The position numbers and the translations under genes were made by a program. Of a stretch of 64,000 bases of DNA, positions 22,101-34,100 are shown piece by piece (within the stretch, counting starts at the first letter, position 1; each line of letters starts with the position of its first letter). Location: assembly GCF_020745735.1 (NCBI RefSeq), contig NC_083448.1:20458006-20522005 (forward strand). The letters run 5' to 3'. The notes beneath the pieces are model-generated. The model ran no database searches and was not told the DNA's origin. It was given only the letters and a program-made list of their open reading frames with translations. The stretch is from Hemiscyllium ocellatum. Lineage: Eukaryota.

Positions 22101-25100
22101 TTTGCCTTTCCAAAATGCAACACCTTGTATTTATCGCAATGAACCTCCATCTGTCCTTTCCTCAGCGGGCTGGCACTGTTGGTAGAGACCTCACTCTATT
22201 TCCAGATAACCACCTTCACTGTCCACTATGGCACCAATCTTGGTATCATCCATCACCTTACCAACTGGCCCTCCTCCATTCCCACCTAAACCATTTCTAT
22301 CACTGGTGAATAACAGTGGACCCAGCACTGACCCCTATGGCACACTGCTGATCTCAGGCCTCCAGTTTGAAAAACGACTCTCTACCATCACTCTCTGTCT
22401 CGTACCAACAAGCCCGTTTTGTCTCTGATTGGTTAGCTCTCCTGGATCCCGTGAGATAGAACCTTTCTCAACGACTAAACAAGCAGTACTTTGTCAAGGC
22501 CTTGCTAAAGTACATGGAGACAATATCTACCACACTGCCCTCATATACTGTCACCATCACCCCTTCAAAAAACTCAACCCAGTTTGCGAGACTCGACTCC
22601 CCCCCCCACCCCCCGTACAAAGCCGGACTGACGATCCCAAATGAGTCCTTGCCTTTCCTGTAGATCCTGTCTCCGAGAATCCCTTTTGTCAACTCCACAC
22701 CACGGACATTCAGCTCACCGGTCTCTAGTTCCCAGGAAATTCCCTGCAGCCTTTCTTATATAGTGACCCAACATTGTCCAGCCTCCAGTCTTCACACACC
22801 TGACCCATGGCTGTCGATGATAGAAATATCTCGACCATGGGTCCCACTTTTCCTCCTTTGCTTCCCACAAAATCCCGGGATTTACTTCAGGTTCCAGTGA
22901 TTCATCGACCTTAATACGTTCTGAGACCTCTAACACCACCTCCAGAGGGTCAGCTCACTGTCCTGACACTGGAGCAGGGCGAGAAAGGGGGTTTCAAGCA
23001 GATGCTGTCGTCCACATGTGTGTGGAGTTAAATTTGGGTGAGGATTCTCTGCATGGGGATCCCTACAGTCACCTTGGGGCCCGCTCAGGGTCAGGGTCAC
23101 GGATAGGGTTTGAGTCAGGGTCGGGTCGGGTCGAGGCCGTGTTAGGGTCAGAGTTGGGATTGGGGCCGGGTTAGAGTTGAGGCAGGGTCAGGGTTCCCAG
23201 TGCTACCCAGGAAGAGGTATCTCTGAAAGCGCCTGGAGCTGGGTTGGGGGAGCTCATTTCCACCTTGAGGCAGCAGATGCTGCCAGCCCAGAAGCCGCAG
23301 CTATCGGGACAGACCGTGTGGATGCAGTTACCCCCTCCTTATAACGTCAGCCTTGACACTCCTGTGCACCAGAACAGTTCGGTGTGAAGCTGCAGTGAGC
23401 TGTGATTTCTGTCCTTCACGGTTCCAGATATGCTCTGGCCTGGGTCTTCAGTAAAACCAACCTGTTACAGTGTGGTTCAAACCCACTGGAGAGCTGCTTC
23501 CTGTCACCCCTTCGCATCCAAGGTGCAGAGACTTTCATGTGGCCGTGTTTGTGCTGATGGATTTGTGTTGAATCTTGCAGGATCCAGTATCTATTCAAAA
23601 ACAAGCCCTCCGATGGGATCTCCCCTCCAGACTCCTTCTACAGATCGCTCTATCCCCAGATTATACAGGACATTGAGGTAAGAGGCTGTAATGTCCTCAC
23701 TCTGAGCTGAGAGAGCTGAACTTTGTTGAAAGGAGGGAGGTGTCTGCATGTCCCTGCAGTGTGTACAGACAGCGCGATGCTGGGGGTGTCAGTCTAGTTA
23801 AAGCAGCTGCAGTCCACTCAACCCCAGCCTGATCTCCACAGGTAGCTGACAGAACCATGGCCAACCTTCTGTCCTGTTTGAGGAGGAAGTGAGGTCTGCA
23901 GATGCTGGAGATCAGAGCTGAAAATGTGTTGCTGGAAAAGCGCAGCAGGTCAGGCAGCATCCAAGGAGCAGGAGAGTCAACGTTTCACGCCTAAACCTGA
24001 AGAAGGGCTCATGCCTGAAACGTTGAATCTCCTGCTCCTTGGATGCTGCCTGACCTGCTGCACTTTTCCAGCAACACATTTTCAGATGCCGAAAACCTGA
24101 CAAAATAACACGCACCAGAATGGGCAAGGGTTAAGGACAGAGAGGGGCCGAGAGAGTGAGTGCTCGTGTTCCGAGTTATTGATGGGATGTTCAGCAGTGC
24201 ACGGAGTTGGGGATTGAACAGTTGGGGGTGGAATGGACAAGAGACCAAGGTCTGTGATTGTGCAGAGTGTTGTCAGCGTACCCCAAACCAGACTGTCTCT
24301 CGTTTCAGACCATTGAATCCAACTGGAGGTGTGGTCACCATGGATTACAACGCATCCACTGCCACAGTGAAACCAGCAAAGGTGTTTATTGTTTACAGTA
24401 CGATGATCAGAAAATTATCAGCGGTTTACGAGACAACACTATCAAGGTAAGGGCACCAGTGAGGGAAGGGAAGGGGGTGGAGGATGGTGGCAGGTTTTCC
24501 TGAACACCTGAATGCAGTCTGTCACCAGCCTGACTGCACAGCCAGTGAGATGGGAAAGCAGAGAGGACACTGGAATGGTAAAGTACATCCTCACCTCCAT
24601 CTGTTTACTCCTCAGATATGGGAGAAGAACACACTGGAATGTAAGAATGTTCTGACAGGGCATACCGGCTCCGTACTGTGTCTGCAGTACGACGACAAAG
24701 TGATTATCACTGGCTCCTCAGACTCCACAGTCAGGTATGTGCACTGTCCCACATTACACATCGCTGCTGCACACACACTGCGGTGGGTGGTGGCCGAGAG
24801 TCCCTCGCTCCAGCCCCCCTCTCTCTTCCACCTCCCCCTCCCCCCCCACCTCGCTCCGTCACTTCCTTGTGGTCAGGTGTCTGATCACTGGGCGAGTTGA
24901 GTTGAATGTGGGTCAGTGTTCTCAGTGGATGGTGGTGTTGGGGTGGCACAGTGGTTAGCACTGCTGCCTCACAGCGCCTGAGACCCGGGTTCAATTCCTG
25001 CCTCAGGCGACTCTCTGGGTGGAGTTGGCACATTCTCCCCGTGTCTGCGTGAGTTTCCTCCGGGTGCTCCGGTTTCCTCCCACAGTCCAAAGATGTGCGG

Positions 25101-28100
25101 GTCAGGTGAATTGGCCATGCTAAATTGCCCGTAGCGTTAGGTGAGGGGTAAATGTAGGGGTATGGGTGGGTTGGTCTTCGGAGGGTCGGTGTGGACTTGT
25201 TGGACCGAAGAGCCTGTTTCCAGATTGTAAGTAATCTAAATCCTGGCCCAGGGTGCTGCAGTNNNNNNNNNNNNNNNNNNNNNNNNNNNNNNNNNNNNNN
25301 NNNNNNNNNNNNNNNNNNNNNNNNNNNNNNNNNNNNNNNNNNNNNNNNNNNNNNNNNNNNNNNNNNNNNNNNNNNNNNNNNNNNNNNNNNNNNNNNNNNN
25401 NNNNNNNNNNNNNNNNNNNNNNNNNNNNNNNNNNNNNNNNNNNNNNNNNNNNNNNNNNNNNNNNNNNNNNNNNNNNNNNNNNNNNNNNNNNNNNNNNNNN
25501 NNNNNNNNNNNNNNNNNNNNNNNNNNNNNNNNNNNNNNNNNNNNNNNNNNNNNNNNNNNNNNNNNNNNNNNNNNNNNNNNNNNNNNNNNNNNNNNNNNNN
25601 NNGACATGTTGCCCTCTGCGGTTGTCCCTGGTTGACCCTGGGTGCTGTGTGTTTGCAGAGTGTGGGATGTTGGTACGGGTGAGATGTTAAACACACTGAT
25701 CCATCACTGTGAGGCAGTGCTGCATCTGCGTTTCACCAATGGGATGATGGTCACCTGCTCCAAGGATCGATCCATTGCCGTGTGGGATATGAGCACGTCC
25801 ACGGACATTACCTTACGCCGCGTCCTGGTTGGTCACAGGGCAGCTGTGAACGTTGTCGATTTTGACGATAAGTACATTGTATCTGCTTCAGGCGATCGCA
25901 CAATCAAAGTAAGTTGCGTTCAGTCGTTCCCTCCTATCGGTGTCCGCCTATCCTTTTCCTTTGTTTTCTCCCCCGTTGTGTTTTGTTGCTGTGAACGGTA
26001 AGAGCTTGTTTGTTGTGCTCTGTCGGTGCTGGTCCATTTCCCCATCCTGGTGTCATGACTCTGCCTTGACAGTGTATGATCTGACCACTGACACGCTTGG
26101 CTGTGTCTCAGCCACTGACTGAGTACAGGAGCTTCACAAATCTGCTCTGTCCAGCCCTCTGTTCCAGGCATTGACTGATCACGCAGGTTTTCCAGCCTTT
26201 CCCCATTGGGGAGAGTCCCGTGAATGTACCCTTGAAATTTGGAAGGTACTCTGTCTTGTTGAGTGGTCCATTTGCCAAGCCCACAGGCTGGTCTTGACCT
26301 CTGTCTCTCTCAAAGCAGCTGAAGTCAATGGCCCATTGCCTGAGAGTGATGGGGAAACACTGCTTTCGTTAGAATGCAGCGAGTTCTCCTGTTGGGGTGA
26401 AAACCACAGCCATCCAGCCTGGCCAAACTGGTCATGAGATCAAAACCAGAGGGACACTTGCTGTGGTTTAATTCCGAAACTAATATCAGCTCAGGAGACC
26501 AGGCTAACTCTCCGTTCCTGCCCGGGCTTTTACTGTGCCATAGCTGGTGTGAGATAGCATTGCTGGCAGGGCCGAATGCACCCCAGCACCCAGCTGTGCT
26601 GTCCCGCAGCATTGGGATTGTTGACCTGGATTCGATGCTCAGGTTTCTGGGCAGACACTTGCCTGAGGAACGCCTGGTGTGTTCTCTCACTATCTCTGTA
26701 TCCATTCTCCGGTCCCTCAGAACGCCAGGCCATGTTAGCAAACCACCCCCACCCCGTTCACCATTTGCTGCCATCTGATCATGCTCCTGTTTCTCAGAGT
26801 CACCCCAAGCTCAGAACGACTGTAGGTTCCTTCCTGCTGTTAGAAGCAGTGTGCAGTTGCTGTTTGTCTTGCTATAAACTGTTTTGGCCGATCTCCCATC
26901 ATGCCTCTCCCTCCCTAGGTGTGGAACACTGGCTCCTGTGAGTTTGTCCGAACACTGAATGGCCATAAGCGAGGGATTGCCTGCCTGCAGTACAGGGACA
27001 GGCTGGTGGTCAGTGGATCCTCTGATAACACAATCCGGTATGTGTGTCACAGCTCACCACGCGTTGTCTAAACCAATGGCCAACTACTGTCCCCAATCCA
27101 CGTTTTTACCCGTGATAACCCATGGCTGTCTTCTTGCCCTTCCCTTAGCCTGAAGCGACTTCCCATCATCTTCCCAACACTCCACCCTCCTGAGGTTTGG
27201 ATCATCTGCAAATTCAGAAATATCCCCTCCTCAAATCACTGTGAACAGCTGGGACCCCAACTACTGATCCTTGTGGTACCCGACTGGTCCCAGCCTGCCA
27301 ACATGAAAATTACTCATTTACTCCTCCTGTCTGTTTTCTGCCTGTAAGCCAGTTATTCATCTATACCAGTAATTACCTTTCATTGATGAGCTTTCATTTC
27401 TCTAACTAGCCTCCTATGGAGGATTGTAGAAAAACTTTCTGTAAATCTATGTATACCACATACAAGAGCTCCCCTGGATCAATATTGTTTGTAACATCTT
27501 CAAAAATGCTCTAACAAGTTGACCAAACACCATTCCCCATTCGTACACCCATGTTCACTATGTCCAATCAGATCATTGGATCAGTGGTGCTGGAAGAGCA
27601 CAGCAGGTCCAGGCAGCATCCAAGGAGCAGTAAAATCGACATTTCAGGCAAAAGCCCTTCATCAGGAATAAAGGCAGAGAGCCTGAAGTGTGGAGAGATA
27701 AGCTAGAGGGGGGTGGGGGTGGGGAGAGAGTAGCATAGAGTACAATAGATAAGTGGGGGAGGGGATGAAGGTGATAGGTCGGGGAGGAGAGAGTGGAGTG
27801 GATAGGTGGAAAAGGAGCTAGGCAGGTCGGACAAGTCCGGACAAGTCATGGGGACAGTGCTGAGCTGGAAGTTTGGAACTAGGGTGAGGTGGGGGAAGGG
27901 GAAATGAGGAAACTGTTGAAGTCCACATTGATGCCCTGGGGTTGAAGTGTTCCGAGGTGGAAGATGAGGCGTTCTTCCTCCAGGCGTCTGGTGGTGAGGG
28001 AGCGGCGGTGAAGGAGGCCCAGGACCTCCATGTCCTCGGCAGAGTGGGAGGGGGAGTTGAAATGTTGGGCCACGGGGCAGTGTGGTGGATTGGTGGGGGT

Positions 28101-31100
28101 GCCCCAGAGATGTTCCCTAAAGCGCTCTGCTAGGAGGCGCCCAGTCTCCCCAATGTAGAGGAGACCGCATCGGGAGCAACGGATACAATAAATGATATTA
28201 GTGGATGTGCAGGTAAAACTTTGGATGTGGAAGGCTCCTTTAGGGCCTTGGATGGTGGTGAGGGAGGAGGTGTGGGCGCAGGTTTTACAGTTCCTGCGGT
28301 GGCAGGGGAAAGTGCCAGGATGGGAGGGTGGGTTGTAGGGGGGGCGTGGACCTGACCAGGTAGTCACGGAGGGAATGGTCTTTGCAGAAGGCGGAAAGGG
28401 GTGGGGAGGGATATAGATCCCTGGTGGTGGGGTCTTTTTGGAGGTGGCGGAAATGTCGGCGGATGATTTGGTTTTTGCGAAGGTTGGTAGGGTGGAAGGT
28501 GAGCACCAGGGGCATTCTGTCCTGGTTACGGTTGGAGGGGTGGGGTCTGAGGGCGGAGGTGCGGGATGTGGACGAGATGTGTTGGAGGGCATCTTTAACC
28601 ACGTGGGAAGGGAAATTGTCGTCTCTAAAGAAGGAGGCCATCTGGTGTGTTGTGTGGTGGAACTGGTCCTCCTGGGAGCAGATATGGCGGAAGCAGAGGA
28701 ATTGGGAATAAGGGATGGCATTTTTGCAGGAGGTAGGGTGGGAAGAGGTGTAATCCAGGTAGCTGTGGGAATCGGTGGGTTTGTAAAAAATGTCAGTGTC
28801 AAGTCGGTCGTCATTAATGGAGATGGAGAGGTCCAGGAAGGGGAGGGAAGTGTGAGAGATGGTCCAGATATATTTAAGGTCAGGGTGGAATGTGTTGGTG
28901 AAGTTGATGAATTGCTCAACCTCCTCGCGGGAGCACGAGGTGGCGCCAATGCAGTCATCAATGTAGCGGAGGAAGAGGTGGGGAGTGGTGCCGGTGTAAT
29001 TACGGAAGATCGACTGTTCTACGTAGCCAACAAAGAGACAGGCATAGCTGGGGCCCATACGTGTGCCCATGGCTACCCCTTTGGTCTGGAGGAAGGGGGA
29101 GGATTCAAAGGAGGGTTTGGATATCCATGGTGAAGATGAGGCGTTGGGGGCCGGGGAAACGGAAAGTCTTGGAGGAGGTGGAGGGCGTGGGTGGTATCTC
29201 GAACGTATGTGGGGAGTTCCTGGACTAGGGGGGATAGGACAGCGTCGAGGCAGGTAGAGATGAATTTAATGGGGCAGGAGCATGCTGAGACAATGGGTCA
29301 GCCAGGGTGGTCAGGCTTGTGGGTCTTGGGAAGGAGGTAGAACCGGGCAGTGCTGGGTTCCCGGACTATGAGGTTGGAAGCTGTGGGTGGGAGATCTCCT
29401 GAGGTGATGAGGTTCTGTATGGTCTGGGAGATGATGGTTTGGTGATGGGGGTGGGGTCATGGTCAAGGGGGCAGGAGGAAGAGGTGTCCTCGAGTTGGCG
29501 TTTGGCTTCAGCGGTGTAGAGGTCAGTGCGGCAGATACCACTGCGCCCCCTTTATCCGCTGGCTTGATGGTGAGGTTGGGATTGGAGCAGAGGGAGTGGA
29601 GGGCTGCGCGTTGTGAGGGTGAGAGGTTGGAGGTGGGGAGGGGAGTTACCAATCAGATGTGCACCTTTCCCATTCGTACACTTATGTTCACTATATCATC
29701 CTGCTTTCACCCTCCGTCAAAGCAAAACACTCTCAGACACAGTACGGTTTTACCTCTGTCTTTATTCCCGGCCCTGGAGGGAGAGAGAACTATCACCTGT
29801 GTGCACAGAGACCTGGGTTCCTGGTTTTCTCTGGAACAGTACTTTCTTAATGAACTACACAGTCATTTTACAGCGAGCATCATCCAGATAAGGCAATGTG
29901 TATATTGATTGGGTGACCATTATAATCAGCAAGTATCAATATCAAAGGTTAAGCCATCTGGTGTTACACAATGAGTGTTCTTAACCTTAACCAGCTCAGC
30001 ATAATGAATACTTCTCACCTTGTTAAACTGACCTTGTATACTGAAGCTTCCAATATTGTTAAATGCCTCTACATAATGACTGCTTGTCCACCTTGTTCAC
30101 CCATTACCCTAGCCTCCAGCATCCCTTATCTGATGCAAGTTCTTTTCTGATCTGAGTCCTGCTCAGCAGAAACTCTTGTTTCACAAAACTCAGACCATAA
30201 CTCTTTCCCACCCTGCTCATACCCAATACACATTCTCACAATCAGATTGTTACCAATCAGATGTGTATCTTTTCCTTCGGTTTTCAAGTGATTTGAACAT
30301 TGATCCTGTTTGTGATGTCTGTTCTTCCATCCCCCCACCTGTGCTCCCCCGAACTGAGGTGGGATTTGAATCCCTCTGAGATGGAGGTGTTTGTGCGGGC
30401 TGTTGAACTGCGATGTGACTTGGAAAGCAGTTACACGTTTCCTTCTTCACCTCACCCCCCATCCCCCCCCCCCATACAACGGCTACGCATTGCAACACTC
30501 AGAGTTTGCATTTACATAGCACCTTCAACACCAGAAAAGGTCTCAAGGTGCTCCATAGGAACATTGTCAAACAAAACTGACTGAGACGTGTAAAGAAACA
30601 GCTCAGACTTTGAGGTGTGTTTGAAGGGACAGGTTTAAAGAAGGAGGGGTTGGGGGGAGGGTGCAGAGAGAGAGCGCTGCCCTTCCCTGTGAGAGTTACT
30701 AACATTTGGAATCTTGGCCTGGTGTCCACAGGTTGTGGGACATTGAGTGTGGAGCGTGTCTGCGAGTTCTTGAGGGTCATGAGGAACTCGTACGGTGTAT
30801 TCGTTTTGACAACAAGCGAATAGTTAGTGGAGCCTATGACGGGTAAGCACTAAAGTTCACTCCTTACCTTTCATTCCTTCACTCTCTCTCTCTCTCTCCG
30901 ACATCCAGAGGAGTAAGGATGGACAGCAGTCCAATGGGAGAGGTTTGGAAGTCCAGTCACCATTATCTGAGAATGACCAGCTATCCCCCATGGTGTGGGT
31001 GTGCTGTCAGGCCATCCCAAAGAGAGACAACTGGCTTCAGGCTACACTGCGAGTCGACAGGACGTTGTTAAATGGGTACAACAGGAAAGGAGGAGCTGTT

Positions 31101-34100
31101 ATTCTTTTCAGTGATGTTCACTGTGACAGTGCAGCCCTCCCTCAGTACTGACCATCCGACAGTGCGACACTCTCTCAGCACTGACCCTCCGACAGTGCAG
31201 CACTCCCTCAGCACTGGCCCTCCGACAGTGCAGCACTCCCTCAGCACTGACCCTCCGACAGTGCAGCACTCCCTCAGCACTGGCCCTCCGACAGTGCGGC
31301 ACTCCCTCAGCACTGGCCCTCCGACAGTGCGGCACTCCCTCAGCACTGGCCCTCCGACAGTGCGGCACTCCCTCAGCACTGACCCTCTGACAGTGCGGCA
31401 CTCCCTCAGCACTGACCCTCTGACAGTGCAGCACTCCCTCAGCACTGACCCTCTGACAGTGCAGCACTCCCTCAGCACTGGCCCTCCGACAGTGCGGTAT
31501 TAACAGCAGAGTGGATTGAATATGTGATGAAGTGTTCCAAGTGGATGAGTGATTAATGGGGAGCGAGTGTTGATAATGAAGACCCAGTGTTGGAAATGCG
31601 TGAATAACCATTGAAACCACCACATTTCTCCACTTATCTGACAGACTTCTTTGCAGAACAAAAAAAATCATTCAGGCTGAGTGCAATCACTTTGAGCAAA
31701 TCATTCCATTTGTTGTTAACAATCATATTCTTTCACAACTTGCCAACAAATGGCTTTTTAATTTACTCGTGTGTGGGTTGAGCTAATTCCATTGAAAAGT
31801 TCAAATGCATGTATTCATTCCGACATAGGCCAGGCTACAAGCCTGTTGGACAGCAGTGTTACAGATGGGAGAACTCAGGGAGCCAAACCCATTCTGTAGT
31901 TCAAGTCCAGAGCAGGTGCAGGGTCTGGTTTCAGGTTCCTTTCGGTTTCGAAGTGTATTGACCATGACATTGTGTGCTGATTGAATGGAGTTGGAGGGTT
32001 TTTTTGAGAGGAATCTATCTTCCTTTCATGTCTCCTGTTTATTTTTGACTCCCCGTTTAAAATGGTGTGTGGAGGAGTCTGAACATCTCACATTTGTGAT
32101 AAACAGCAGCTTAGCCAATCCCAGTTAAACATCCAATCTTCTGGTTGGACTGTCTGAGCAAGTATCCATTTCCCTGCTCCACCAAGACGTGGCCATTCAG
32201 ATCCAGAGGAAAATAAATCACTGGCTGCTTTTTCTCCCCATACTCCAGTTTCCAACTTGTGTTTCCCAGTCGTGTCATCTGAAAGGGGCAATACCCAGTC
32301 CCTTTTAGCTTCTGTAATCCTCCGAACAGGCTGCACGTTTATGTGGGGAATGTGAGGCTGACGCTGTTCCTGCCTCAGTGATGTGAAAATGACAAACTGC
32401 AAGATGATGTCTGTCTTTGTGTTGATGGCATCTGTTTGATTTTCCAGGAAGATAAAAGTCTGGGACCTAATTGCTGCTTTAGACCCTCGCTCCCCAGCTG
32501 GCACACTCTGTCTGCGAACGTTGGTGGTAAGTGTGTGTCTGTATCCTCTCAGCTGATCTTCCTCCATCATCTGCCTGAATGATTAGCACTGCTGCCTCAC
32601 AGTGCCAGGGACCTGGCTTCGATCCCAGCCTCGGGTGACTGTCTGTGTGGGGTTTGCACATTCTCCCTGTGTCTGCATGGGTTTCCTCCACGTACTCCAG
32701 TTTCCTCCCACAGTCTTAAGAAAAAGTGTGCAGGTCAGGTGGATTGACCATGCTAAATTGTCCATAGTGTTTCATGCAGCAGTTAGGGGAATATTTCAGG
32801 AAATGAGTTTAGGTGGGTTAGTCTTCGCAGGGTCGGTGTGGACTGGTTGGGCTGAAGGGCCTGTTACCACACTGTAAGGGAATCTAATCTGAAAAATCTG
32901 CTCTTTCCTGCCTGAGAGGAAGGTGATGGCTCTTTCTGGAGTTCAGTTACTCGTGGTGTGTGGCACGGATCTGTGTTGGGTCCACTGCTGTTTGTCATTT
33001 TTATAAATGACCTAGATAAGAGTGTAGAAGGATGGGTTAGTAAATTCACGGCTATCTCTAAGATCAGAGGAGTTGTGGATAGTGATGAAGGATGTTGTAG
33101 GTTACAGAGGAACATAGATAAGCTGCAGAGCTGGACTGAGAGGTGGATGTGGAGTTTAATGTGGACAAGTGTGAAGTGATTCACTTAGGAAGGAGTAAGC
33201 AGAATGGAAAGTACTGGGCTAATGGTAAGATTCTTGGTAGTGTAGATGAGCAGAGAGATCTCTGTGTCCAGGTGCGTAGATTCTTGAAAGTTGCCACCCA
33301 GGTTAATAGGGTTATTAAGAAGGTCTGCGGTGTGTTAGCTTTTATTGGGAGCAGGATTCAGAGCCATGAGGTTATGCTGCAGCTGTACAAAATGCTGGTG
33401 CGGCCACACTTGGCATATTGCGTACAGTTCTGGTCGTCGTATTATAGGAAGGATGTGGAAGCTTTGGAAAGGGTGCAGAGGAGATTTGCCAGGAGATTTA
33501 GAACATAGAACATTCCAGTGCAGTCCAGGCCCTTCGGCCCTCGATGTTGTGCTGACCTGTCATACCAATCTGAAGCCCATCTAACCGACACTATTCCAGA
33601 TTTGCCTGGTATGGAGGGAAGGTCTTATGAGGAAAGGCTGAGGGACTTGAGGCTGCTTTTGTTGGAGAGAAGAAGGTTGAGAGGTGACTTAATAAAGACA
33701 TATAAGATAATCAGAGGGTTAGATAGGGTGGACAGGGAGAGCCTTTTCCCTCAGATGGTAATAGTGAGCACGAAGGGGACATTGCTTTAAATTGAGGGGT
33801 GGTAGATATAGGACAGATGTCAGAGGTCGTTTCTTTACTCAGAGAGTAGTCGGGGTATGGAACACACTGCCTGCAACAGTAGTAGACTCGCCAACTTTAA
33901 GGACGTTTAAATGGTCATTGTATGGACATATGAATGATAAACATGGGGAAGAGAACGGAATAATGTAGGTTCGATGGGCTTCAGATTGGTTCCACAGGAC
34001 AGCACATCATCGAGGGCCGAAGGGCCTGTACTGTGCTGTAATGTTCTCTGACCTTTGTCAGTGTGAAGTTGAATATGTTGGTGTGGAAGGCAGATTTGCT

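Noticed and set aside
24731-25696. ORFs spanning X runs (also 41949-42725)
   Set aside because: Artefacts of N gaps.
31068-31671. Repetitive ORFs on both strands and a superficially CRISPR-like array
   Set aside because: This is a head-to-tail 33-bp tandem repeat with no unique spacers, in a vertebrate intron.
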